A DNA stretch of 62,956 bases from Octopus bimaculoides (GCF_001194135.2 NC_068987.1:44948269-45011224), one strand, 5' to 3'. Counted from the first letter of the stretch, positions 38,201 through 50,141 are shown. Numbers and translations are program-made. Notes: generated from the sequence alone by a model not told the origin.

Positions 38201-39487
38201 NNNNNNNNNGTGTGCAGCATATTTTTCTTTGCTGCTCTCACCACTCTCCTGTCGCGAACTCACAGCGCATAGCATCCCCGCATCACTGAACACTACACTG
38301 GCTTCATTGACCGTGACACCTCCCAAACGGACAATGGCGTCCATCCCCATCCCCACATCGATTCCGTCCACTACGTGGTCGATCACTATCGCACGGAACC
38401 TCAATCTGGTTCGTCGTACCACCTTCTCCACATCGCTACTTCTTCTGCATTCAACTTCCGTACTGTCAACAGCCCTTACACTACTCATTCCACTCCATTC
38501 TTCTACCATTTCTGGAGTTATTAGGGTTGTTGAGCAGCCTGTGTCCACAAGGGCTCATGACACCTTTCCGTTCACCACAACTTCTGCTACTGGCAATGAC
38601 TATATGCGCCTCTATTCTTTCGATGGGACAACTACCGACGCAGTAGTCTCCCTTGTACCATTTCCCTGCACACATTCACCAGCAGCGTGGCCTATCTGTC
38701 AGCATCGATAGCAAATTACTCCAGGCCATGTGCAAACCCTGACACCTCGCCATGTGTGAACTCTGACACCGAAAACACTGCCCTTTGAAGGGTCAGACAT
38801 GTTCCTTGTTTGACCCCTCTCTACTGCTCTTTGTTCGATCCCTTCTCGGTGTTGCAGTCGCTGCCATAGGTGTCATCCTGCAACATGAGACGATGGCTCT
38901 GGCCCGAGATATTACTTCTCCCATTGCCATGGAGTGAATGTTCGGCACCTTTTGCAGTTCAACCGACACGTGGTCAGGAAATCCTGTCACAAAGGCTAAT
39001 TTAACGGTTTGTTCTAACGTGCCATCTCTATATCCCATGAGTCTAGCCAATCTCCTGATTTCGTTGGCAAACACATCTCCCTCGCCACAAAATGGCCTAA
39101 CTGTCTCATTTGAAACACAGACCATACCCATAATTTTTTTTTTTGAGCCAAAATAGCTTGTAATGTAAAGGAAGAAAAAGACGGAAGTGAAGAGAGAATT
39201 ATGGTTGTCTTACCTGTCGGTCTGGAAAAAGGGTCACTTTCAATATCAATGTGCTGTCTCAATCTCCAAGGTTCACTCCATGTCCACGTGTGCTATCTGT
39301 CGCTGTACTGTCTCACACGTCTGCTCTGATGTGATGTCCTCTGCCAACTGGCCCCTCATGCTTCACTGATGCCACATGTCCACCGCGGCACTTCCGGTGG
39401 GATCCACAGGTCCCACTTCCAACAGGACATGCCTAATCCCTCATTTCCGATCCTTCCCTACAACATAGCCTGGCTCATAACACCACA
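35230..39487 (-). mobile_element. Full-length decayed Gypsy LTR retrotransposon
   Basis: LTRs 35230-35562 and 39159-39487 with TGTGATGT..ACATCACA-type ends; ATAGT TSD on both sides; PPT agagggggcggggcg; minus-strand gag with CYRC*QIGHAAGEC, protease DTG, RT DLKSAYLQ, RNase H, integrase DNGTAF...VEKYHRTIK in PR-RT-RH-IN order. Confidence 0.95.
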
Positions 39488-39524
39488 ATAGTCATAAAGA
39501 GGAAAGGGTACATAAGCATGTCAG

Positions 39525-39650
39525 GAGTAGTATTGGTAAATTTAGGGAAGCATGAAATTTTTGAAGGATGCAGAGTCCTGACAACTGATGTAGGTAGTTT
39601 ATTCCATGCTTCAACAATTCTGAGCAAGAAAAAATATTTCCAAAAGTAAT
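39525..39650 (-). mobile_element. CR1-like LINE 3'-end fragment
   Basis: Minus frame FFLLRIVEAWNKLPTSVV resembles the CR1 C-terminal FFxxRVVxxWNxLP motif. Confidence 0.55.
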
Positions 39651-39912
39651 GGGTGCTGTGCTGTTTTTTTTTTTTTTTTAAATTTCAAAAGTGTTCATCC
39701 CCTATTCACATAAATTCTAAATCTTTGCAACCATTAAAATTTTTTAAAATTTTATTCTCATTTTCCCCCACTTCCAAAATTTCCTTTTTTCACTTTTCCA
39801 AGGTGTTTTCCCATATTACCATTGTTTTTCACTCTCATTGCTCCATTATTTATTATTTGTATCCAATCTTTCCATTCTTTTATTTCCCACTGTTATCTTA
39901 ACTGCTGTATAG

Positions 39913-39984
39913 GAAGAATTCCAACACCCAAGATTCCAGGAGTTCCAGTTAGCTAATGCAGTTGGCATAAATACTCATTACAGA
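39913..39984 (+). CDS. Candidate 72-nt cassette exon (EEFQHPRFQEFQLANAVGINTHYR)
   Basis: About 108-nt pyrimidine-rich AG-free zone, ctgctgtatag acceptor, AGA|gtatgt donor; phase 0-0, no stop. Confidence 0.55.
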
Positions 39985-40160
39985 GTATGTTTCATCTTAT
40001 ATCTTCTGCTATTGCCATATCTTTTTCTATTGGCAGAGAAAAGCCTAATGGAATGCCTCTTGCTTATTTTTAACTCATGATTAATGTTTTTTATAACAGC
40101 TTCTCTCTCAAACTAAAGCTTCATATTTAACCATTAAAAAAAATTTATCTGTTCAATTTC

Positions 40161-40218
<58 letters not shown>
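40161..40218. repeat. (ATT)n microsatellite
   Basis: Direct reading. Confidence 0.97.
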
Positions 40219-40220
<2 letters not shown>

Positions 40221-41563
40221 ACAATAAGAAAAGTGCAATACAATTTGTAATAGAGATTGACTGTATATTGAATTGAACAAATTGAACAATATCTAACAGA
40301 TTGTCTATCTTCTTCGGCTTCAAAATGTAAAATTAAAAATAAAAAAAAAACTGCAGAAATGCAGAAATTCAAAACAGGACACAAGATATTCCCATTCTTA
40401 TTTTTGAATTTTCTGTGTTTCTGTGACTAAAAAAATATTTTGAAGGATTGAAAATGGTATTAGCATCCTAACAATTTCCTAAAATGGTGTTAGGAAATTT
40501 CTGACAAGAGTTGTGCTTAAACTCCTTCTGCTGTGACTCCCAGTTCCTGGACACCATTATTTTTATGATTATTAATGAATATGGTGAGTTTAGTTACATC
40601 CATTCTTATTCAGATTTCAAATCTTGCTATTGATCAGTTTTGTCTGTCGTTCTTCTGGGAGTCAACAAAATAAGTTGCAATCATGTACTATCGTCAATTC
40701 AATTGATTACATTCCATTCTTAGCATATCTGTGATCTCACTCTAATGTAAGGCAGTAAAGATTACACAGCTACTAAATACCTGAGGGCAAATCAACATTT
40801 TTATAACGATTACTGCAGAAGAATGCTGATGATATGAAAATCCAAATTCTGTTTGAGCTATTTTCATTTAGAAAATGTTCCAGTATTTATCCATAACACC
40901 ATTAAAGTTTTGTTTCTTGATGATCATAATACCCTCCCCGCTTTTTTTTGCAAGGCCACTTTATCCTTATTATATGCAGTAAAGTTCAAAAGGGTAGAAA
41001 TTCTAGAATTTTAAGCTCCAATTTCTGTCTCATTTTTCGATGTTTCTTCCCTGCTAATTTTTTCTATGGAAAAAATCTCCCTGTCTTTCACCTCCTACAG
41101 CTATGATCCTTTGCTATATATGTTATGAAAAAGAACTTCAGAGATTCTTGTTGCAACATTTGATGTTATTTCATTATAATCTACTTCCTTGTGAATTTTA
41201 TTTGGGGGATTTGTTTTGCTTTATTACCAGTATATCCACACTCCCCTCTCTTGCTGCTGATTTTTGCAAAGACAGAAACACTCTATTTTTAAAGCGTTGC
41301 ATGCTGATACTTCATGCAGCAGGAGACTGTCTTAAACAACATATATGTATGTATATTTATTAATAAGGGTAGAAATTGATATTAATCAATTAAAACCAGT
41401 GGTCTAGCATATTAAAAAAAATCCGAAGATTAAAATTATATTACATACAAAAATAAGAGGAATGACCAGCAAAAGTGGACTCCTATATGCTAGAAATAGA
41501 TGCTGAATCATCTAACCACAAAAAATATGTTCTCAATAAAAATTTAGCGACACAACAGACTGT

Positions 41564-42508
41564 AAAAATGCCACTTAGTTCTCATCAGCAAGTCTTACTG
41601 ATCTGAAAGTCATAGAAGACTTCCCATCTTAACAATGCATGCAATGACCATTTTTAATGCTACAGCAAATTTAAAAAGGTGACCGGAGTGAATAATAAAT
41701 TACAAAAATATTTAAGGATATTATTGTTTATATCAAGTGGCAAAAAAATAAATACCATAAGGTAAAAAAAAATACCATATGGTAAAAATATACCATAAGG
41801 TAAAAAATTATAATTAATAATTAAGGGTGTTACAAGCAGCACCAACACGCTAAAAATAGCAGTTAGAAGATGACTAAAACCACAAATTTTCACTGATACA
41901 CATTAATTGAAATCAGGGGAATGAGCAGAAATTCTAAGCCCCCATACCAACAAGAAAAATAATCATAAATTCAAAATTCAGACATACTTGTATTGTCATG
42001 ATTTTGAACTTTGTGAAAATTCCACTTTGTTCTCATCAGTGAATCTTATGCATGCTTACCACTTGATACTATTGTAAACAATATATATTTTTATACTTTA
42101 TTATTGACTCCGATCACCTTTTTAAATTTGTCATGGCATTAAAAATGGTCATTGCACATACTGTTGAGATGAGCAGTCTTCTATGATCCTCGGGTCAGTA
42201 AGACTTGCTGATGTGACTAAGTGGCATTTTCACAAAGTTCGAAATTGTGATGATACGGATATGTCTGACTTTTCAATTTACTATTCCTTTTGCTGTTGGT
42301 ATGGGGGCTTAGACTTTCTGCTCATCCCCCCGATTTCAATTAATGTGCATCAGTGAAAAGTTGTGGTTGTAGTCATCTTCTGACTGTTATTTTTAGTGTG
42401 CTGGTGCTGCTTGTAGCACCCTTAATTATTAATTAATAATTTTTTTACCTTATGGTATATTTTTACGCATGATTGCCACTTGGTATTATTGCAAACAATA
42501 ATATCCTT
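41564..42508. repeat. Complex inverted repeat (A-B-A'-B' arrangement)
   Basis: 41714-42048 pairs with 42199-42508; 41564-41700 pairs with 42098-42232. Confidence 0.8.
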
Positions 42509-42580
42509 ATATATATTTTTATAATACATCTGTATATAAATGTATAACCACTTTCACGCTTTATATTCATAAAACTTCTT

Positions 42581-42612
<32 letters not shown>

Positions 42613-42740
42613 GACATATACACACACATACTGTGTGTATATGCATTTTATTCCCATTAACCAAAGCATTCTCTAAGCTAAATGATTTTCTGTCTGCTAT
42701 TGAAAATGTTTGGCTGATTAACTTGATAATGTTCAAAAGC

Positions 42741-42743
<3 letters not shown>

Positions 42744-42804
<61 letters not shown>
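42744..42804. repeat. (CT)n microsatellite
   Basis: Direct reading. Confidence 0.97.
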
Positions 42805-42807
<3 letters not shown>

Positions 42808-44413
42808 AAAACTTCATAAAATCTTGCATTCAAACATGTATATGCCGTTGAACTGCATTGTGTATTGAAATTAATGATTGTATTCGTAGACTGTCAACTA
42901 ACATCTCTCACAGAATATCTCAGTAAAATGCTCTCTTGAAGCTTCAGCTGTTTGATTTGTAAATTCTTTGAGATTAACCTCTCTGCCTGTCTGTTTCTCT
43001 CTCTCTCACCCTCTCTGTATGTATATATATATATATATTTCTTCATTTAACTCTTCTCTGGCTTGACTTCAACCTCAGCCACTTTGTTTTTTTTTATTAT
43101 CTTCACTTTAAAAACAAGAATGCCAATGATTTGCTTGTTGTTTAACAACTCTCCAGATTGCAGAATAACAAAATGTCTTCCCTGGGTTACTCTCTCTTAT
43201 TCAGTGATCCAATAATAGTGATTTATTGTAATAATGTTTATCATAATAGTTTTACTGTAATGTTACTTATCTGCTGTGATAGTAACCTCTATTATGTTAT
43301 ATCACATGATAATAATTGTTATAGTGATTTATGTCATAATGGTAAAACTAGTATAACTGTTGTGATAGTTAACAATATTGATATCCATAATTAGATCATC
43401 AACCTGTAATGATATCTACTTTAATAATACCTATTGGAATGATATAGGCTGTAATGATACCCTTTACTGTTATTGAACGTTACTTGTTAAAATACTGTCT
43501 ACTGTAATGGTATCCAACATTGCTGTCTTACAATAGTATGTATTTGATTAATATCCTTGTAATACACCCAGCTTAAAGAAAATAGTAGTAAGTAGGCCCA
43601 AGGCGTAAACCTAGAAAAGGGCAAGCTACTCATGAAGAAGTAACTCCGCAAGCCCACTAAATAGTCAATGCAATACAGAAACTGTTGACATAGGTGGTGT
43701 CAGATGATATATAAAACCATATACTTTTCAAGCTTATCGGTCACAAGTAGACACAGAGAAAATTTTGCAAAAACTTTTTTAGGTGCAAGCATGTGGTTAA
43801 GAAACTTGCTTTGCAACCACATGGTTTTTGAGCTCAGTCCCACTGCACAGCACCTTGGTGTCTTCTGTCTTCTACTATAGCCTTGGGCTAACCAATGTAT
43901 TTTGAGTGAATTTGATAGACAAATAGGAACTGTGTGGAAGCCTGTCATATATATGTATTTGTTTGTGTCTTTGTGTTTGTTTGCTCCCTCCTCCACCTCT
44001 TAACAGCTGATGCTGGTTTGTTTATGTCCCTGTAACTCAGCAATTTGACAAAAAATAAACTGATAAAGTACCAGGCTCAAAAAATAAGTACTTGGGTCAG
44101 TTTATTCAACTATACCTTTCAAGGTAGTACCCCAGCTTGGCTGCAGTCCAGTGACTAAAACAAGTCAAAGATAGAATATGTATACATAGCTCTTGAATAA
44201 ACTAGTTAAATCTCCACCACATTCTTATGTGATCAGAGACAGCTGTCTTCTTATAGGAAACTATAATTTACTGTGATTTACGTTAAGGGTTTTGTTGTGA
44301 ATTCTGAGCATTAAAAATATATGTATGCATGTGTGTACACACACATGCACACATATATTTCATTGTGTTGAATGTATCATTCTATAATGTATAGTGTTGA
44401 ATGTGTGTTCCAG

Positions 44414-44560
44414 GCTGATTACTCTATGGAAAGTCATGCCCGTGACCTGGAGAATTATGTCAATGTAGCTCGCAACAGAAGACGGAGAGCAAAGGCCTTG
44501 TTAGATTTTGAACGACATGATGATGATGAACTAGGCTTTCGGAAGAATGATATCATAACA
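44414..44560 (+). CDS. SGSM3: SGSM3 exon 10, [49 protein letters not shown] (SH3 start)
   Basis: ttccag acceptor; ACA|gtgagt donor; 147 nt, phase 0-0. Confidence 0.96.
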
Positions 44561-44944
44561 GTGAGTATATCTTTTCCAGTGTTGACTCAGAACCTGTAGT
44601 TTATGATGATAATTTATCATTGTTTGTAATTCCAGTTTATTATTTCATTATCATCATTTAACATTCATGTTCTGTGTTGGCATGGGTTGAATGGTTTGAC
44701 AGGATATGATGGGCCCAAAGTCTGCATTGTATTCAGCTGTCTGTTTTGGCATGGTTTTTATGGCTGGATATCTTTCCTAACACTGACCACTTTACAGCTT
44801 GTACTGGGTGCTTTTTTTTTTCATGCTAGTGAGTTTACAATGCAGCTTACAAGACTACAAACCCTGAGAGAGTCAGCTTTCTACTAGGAGATGTGAGGCT
44901 AAAGTATGAGAAAAGGGAGCCAAAGCAGAACAGGTTTCTTGCTT

Positions 44945-45816
44945 ATCAATAAATATCCGGACTGTTGCCATAGTAACGAAGCTAAAGCATGCAGAGTGAA
45001 GCCGTTTGGCAAAGATTGACCTTGAACACTGCTCAGCACACACACTAAGTTTTAATATTCCAACTCTCTTATGCTGTTTACAGCAGTATTTGGAAGGAAC
45101 GTATGTAGCATGTGATCGTTGCATTGACTATGACAGAGCAAGTTATCATGGCAACACCTGTTCAGAGGCCTATGCAAGGTTGCAGAAAATGTATGGAGAG
45201 GAGTATATGAGCCACACACAAGTGTATGAATGGCTCAAACGTTTCCAAGATGGCCAAAAAAATGTCGATATTGACGAATGTTCTGGGAGAGCTGCAACCA
45301 GCAGAACTGAGAAAAACATCACATTTGTGCATGCAGCTGTGAGAGGAAATTGTCAAATTACCATCCTTGAGTTATCAGAGGATGTGCAGATTAGTTACGG
45401 TTCAGTTCAGTCCATTATAACTGAAGATTTGGTTATGAGACATGTGTCTACCAAGTTTGTGCCAAGATTGCTTTCAGCTGACCAAAAAGATACTCAGGTT
45501 TCAGTTGCACAAGATCTTGATTGTGTCGAGAATGATGAAAACTTTTTGAAAACTTTGCATAGGCCTCTGAGCAGGTATTACCAGGCTTTTGGCAAAATTT
45601 GATGCAGATTCTATGCTCGACTTTCTCTGTCATGGTCAATGCGATGACCACATGCTACATGCCTTCCTTTCAAGCACCGCTGTAAAGAGCGGAAGTGAGC
45701 TAGAACATTAAAACTTAGTGTGCATGCACGGCAGAGTTCAAGGTCAATCTATGCCAAGCGGCTTCGCTCTGAGTGCTTTAGCTATGTTACTATGGTAACA
45801 GTCCAGATACTTATTG
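44945..45816 (+). mobile_element. Fold-back mariner derivative, copy 2; open frame for transposase N-terminal HTH region
   Basis: Same TIR and arms as copy 1; MSHTQVYEWLKRFQDG...SGRAATSRT...KFVPRLLSADQK; both TIR tips clipped. Confidence 0.9.
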
Positions 45817-45995
45817 TTTGGACCATGTATTTCTCCTGCAGTTGCCATACCAGAAATATAACATCAATGGTGCTTCTACCTGAAACAAAACCAAACTGCA
45901 TCTCATCTAGGCAAATTCTCTCCCTAATTAGTTGGGCTATGACTCTCTCTGTAACTCTTATCACCTGATCCAACAATTTGATACCTCTAATTATT
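45817..45995 (-). mobile_element. RTE RT fragment abutting mariner copy 2
   Basis: NYRGIKLLDQVIRVTERVIAQLIRERICLDEMQFGFVSGRST, homologous to 4180-4340. Confidence 0.85.
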
Positions 45996-46154
45996 TCATA
46001 AATATATATATATTATCAAATATTCTACCTGTTTCATGTTCAAACTGACCAAATCCTGCCTTTCACACCCACCCTACAATATCATTCTAAAAATAGGCAA
46101 TCACATCATTCTGTGAAATAAATCAATAATGTCATGATGTTTGCTTTATATTAG

Positions 46155-46318
46155 ATAATATCTCAAAAAGATGAACATTGCTGGGTTGGTGAATTAAATG
46201 GATTACGTGGTTGGTTCCCAGCAAAGTTTGTAGAATTGTTAGATGAACGGAGCAAGAACTATTCATCTGCTGGAGATGACAGTGTGACTGAAGCTATCAC
46301 AGACATTGTGCGTGGCAC
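46155..46318 (+). CDS. SGSM3: SGSM3 exon 11, [34 protein letters not shown]...ITDIVRG(T) (SH3 end)
   Basis: ttag acceptor; CAC|gtaagt donor; 164 nt, phase 0 to 2. Confidence 0.97.
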
Positions 46319-47626
46319 GTAAGTAATATTCTACTCTAATTTCTCCCATAAATCTCTCAATTTTCTTTTCCAACTTCACTTCAATTATCATATATGATTA
46401 CTAGGACTTCAATGGTTGTCCTAGCTGAGTTACTACAATTAAAGTAAAAAATATTTGAATTATATTAATTTGCTGTGGAAAAAAACTGACATTTGAGATG
46501 GATCCCTTCATTAGAGGAAGAAAATATGGCTCCTCATTTTCTAATACAAGAAGTGAAGTATCTCTTTTCCTTACAGCAAGTTAAAAATACCTCTTTGTTT
46601 TTGGTATTTGAAGTTAGCCATTGAGATTTCTAACTGGCTTTTCTTAGAAAGTTGAGGTTACAGATACATCAGATATTGTTCTTGCTATTCAAACATTAAG
46701 AATTGGTAAGAATTTCATTACCAGTGCATGATTTTTAATATTTGGCTATAAGCAGTGGAATGGTAGAACTGGTAGAATGTAGAACACTAGATTAAGGTTA
46801 TACAATAAGGTATTTGTCTTCTGAGTTTGTCGTATTGAAGTTTATCTTGTCAACTAATGTAGATAAAAGCAGTAAAAGAAGTCAAATTAATTCAAATGAC
46901 TCCTCATCTATGTTCCTGTGGTAAGTGAATATTTAATTACAACAAAGATGCATGTGCTCATTCTTAATATGTTCTGGCAAATTCAAATGTAAATATGCTA
47001 GTTGCTGTATTTCATCTTCAGATAAAACTCTCTTTTCAGATGAAAAGACAACAGTGATTATTTGAATTTGCCAGAATGTATTACGAATACATGTCGTTTT
47101 CATTGTTCACTGTGCACATGATGATCTATTATCAATTAGCAGACATCAGCATGCATCATCAAATGATTTGTTTGCTGAAAAAAGAAGAGTCAAAACTTTT
47201 GTTAGATTCATTGGTCTGGGGTAGCTTTGACACAACAAGGTCGAAGCACAGCAATATCTCAAAATCCCCTGACCTCAGAGTGTTACAAAAATACTTTCAT
47301 CTGGAAAAAGTTGTTTTCAAATGGCAGAATGCAACAGTAATTAACATATGCTAGTTTGACTCTGCCAGAACATATTAAGAAGAAATATGTGTGTCATTGT
47401 TTTGATTTCACTGTTCTCCATGCATCTAATAATTTATTATTGAATATTTAGTCATTACAAGAAAACAATTACACTAAGGTACAGAGTAACAATTACACTA
47501 AGGCAGTGAGTATCATATAAAAGGAATCCATAATTTATGGGTTCAAACTCTTCTACAGGCATTGTAATACTACAACGTTTCTATATCTTAATCATTCATA
47601 TCAACTACTAAACTGGAGGAAATGTA

Positions 47627-47648
47627 TCTATATATATAAAAATGAGAA

Positions 47649-47679
<31 letters not shown>

Positions 47680-48849
47680 GTGAATCCCTAAAACTCGAGA
47701 ACTACGCAACCAATTTCATTCAAATTTTACACATGCCTTACTTAGGGTTCCAGTTGTGTTTTAGTCAAAAAAAATTATTAACTTCTTGCAGAGTTCGAGC
47801 ACACGGCAACATAATATCTCCTCCACTATTTAAGTATTACGTGTCAAAAGTGAAACAAAAACACTCATGTCAAATACTTTCACTTTAAAAATGAAACTAT
47901 TCCACTAACTGAAACAATCACATTTCGATACTGTAGTGACAGATANNNNNNNNNNNNNNNNNNNNNNNNNNNNNNNNNNNNNNNNNNNNNNNNNNNNNNN
48001 NNNNNNNNNNNNNNNNNNNNNNNNNNNNNNNNNNNNNNNNNNNNNNNNNNNNNNNNNNNNNNNNNNNNNNNNNNNNNNNNNNNNNNNNNNNNNNNNNNNN
48101 NNNNNNNNNNNNNNNNNNNNNNNNNNNNNNNNNNNNNNNNNNNNNNNNNNNNNNNNNNNNNNNNNNNNNNNNNNNNNNNNNNNNNNNNNNNNNNNNNNNN
48201 NNNNNNNNNNNNNNNNNNNNNNNNNNNNNNNNNNNNNNNNNNNNNNNNNNNNNNNNNNNNNNNNNNNNNNNNNNNNNNNNNNNNNNNNNNNNNNNNNNNN
48301 NNNNNNNNNNNNNNNNNNNNNNNNNNNNNNNNNNNNNNNNNNNNNNNNNNNNNNNNNNNNNNNNNNNNNNNNNNNNNNNNNNNNNNNNNNNNNNNNNNNN
48401 NNNNNNNNNNNNNNNNNNNNNNNNNNNNNNNNNNNNNNNNNNNNNNNNNNNNNNNNNNNNNNNNNNNNNNNNNNNNNNNNNNNNNNNNNNNNNNNNNNNN
48501 NNNNNNNNNNNNNNNNNNNNNNNNNNNNNNNNNNNNNNNNNNNNNNNNNNNNNNNNNNNNNTGGGCAGCAACAAAAAACCTATTTGTATATGCTCCACAA
48601 GGGAAAACAAGGAACATAGTTTACAATGAGGTGTTATAATCACAACAGCAAGAAAGTATGTACATGATCACCTTCTTTTACGAAACTTCATTGACTTTCA
48701 TATATTTATATTGATATACATATATATACGTGTGTTTGGGTGCGTGTGTGTATATACATCTCTATATATAAAGATGATGCGTAGTCTAGACAGCGTTTTT
48801 AGATTTCATTATTCTCTTTAACCCGGGCAACGCCGGGTATTTCTGCTAG
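47627..48849 (+). mobile_element. Non-autonomous Helitron spanning an assembly gap
   Basis: A|TCTATATATATAAAA start, (GTCT)n tract, 3' hairpin CCCGG-gcaacg-CCGGG at 48822-48837, CTAG|T end; joining both ends across the gap is an assumption. Confidence 0.75.
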
Positions 48850-48977
48850 TATATAATAAATAAACGTTTTAAAATTTAAACATACACATACGTATAAACA
48901 TAGAGTAATATATGCAAATGTGTATGCATATGCACACAAATCTAATATATGAGACTCAATTTTTCTTGTTTCCACAG

Positions 48978-49071
48978 GTTATGTCCTGCTCTAAAAGCAG
49001 TATTTGAACATGGTTTGAAGCGCTCATCAATCCTAGGAGGAAGTTGTCATCCTTGGTTATTTATTGAAGAG
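48978..49071 (+). CDS. SGSM3: SGSM3 exon 12, [31 protein letters not shown] (RUN start)
   Basis: tttccacag acceptor; GAG|gtaaat donor; 94 nt, phase 2 to 0. Confidence 0.96.
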
Positions 49072-49724
49072 GTAAATTAATTGCAGCAGAATTTGCTATC
49101 TGATTGTTGTTTAACCCTTGGTCAGCCTTGATTGAGCAGACCTATGATCAAAGGTATTCCAGCTGGGATCATCCTGTCTCTTGCCCAAGCACATTCTACT
49201 GTGCATCCAGAATGTGTCCCTTTCCAAAACAGTAGTGTGTAATTTGAGAGAGGTTTGGTTGATATTTCCAGCTGCTCATGTGACCCCATAGAAGTTCACT
49301 CATTGGATCACTCTAGCATGTTCTCTCTCTCTGAATATGTTAATATGGCCTTAATGTTGTTTCATCATTATTGTTATATGTATTATTGTGGTACTAGTAT
49401 AGTATGATGTGAGTTATGCTGGAACTATGACATATTAACTGATGTGTATAAGAGAGATGGCTGTACTGGTATGGACAAGTACTGTGAATGGATAACTCTT
49501 AACTAAGCGAAGTAGTAATGAGAACTGACCATGAAGGGCACTTGAAAATTAAGGTAGACTGAGAAGTGCGGTCTGATTTGAGAATGTAGGATCTTGCAGA
49601 TAAGATGATACAATATGAAAAAGAATGATAGATTTTTGTGTATTGTAAATTTTTCCAGTCCATGCCAGCATTGAAAAATGGATTACGGCAAAATGTATGC
49701 GCATGCATGTGTGTGTGTGTGTAT

Positions 49725-49771
49725 GTAGTGTAGTATAGTGTAGTATAGTGTAGTGTAGTGTAGTGTAGTGT
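49725..49771. repeat. (TAGTG/TAGTA)n pentanucleotide repeat
   Basis: Direct reading. Confidence 0.9.
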
Positions 49772-50141
49772 ATAAAATGCAGGTGTATACAAATGTGGAA
49801 CAGCACAAGCTGTAATATTTTGTCTCAGAGAAACTTCCCAAAGAGACTTTAGAGTTATTGTTTGCTTTGCTTGTGTTTCTCATTGAATTTCTATACATAA
49901 CAATTGCAATAAGGTACTTTGGTGCAGCTGTGTATCCTTGATGAACTTTGTCCACAGATTCAGTAGTACTGTGTTGGAATTAACTGCTTCACTTAAATCA
50001 TTAATGTTCTTGAGAAAGGCATGAATGTGATGAATCCTCATCTGCCAGAACTCAAAGACTTGAGGTCTGTTTTGTAGAAACATATTTTTCAAGTCAGATG
50101 TTACCGTATTTTTAACTAGTCTTTAATATTGTCTTTTTCAG

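Noticed and set aside
39140-39158. Tf1/sushi-type self-priming of the Gypsy element
   Set aside because: Only a 6-nt complement (GAGCCA) near the U3 start, not an 11-nt match to the R region
40544-40583. 40-nt segment with gtgagt donor (FLDTIIFMIINEY)
   Set aside because: Frame-shifting; no convincing partner exon; at most a poison exon
47880-48643. Long ORFs filled with X (also 30495-30867 and 37691-38272)
   Set aside because: Artefacts of N gaps
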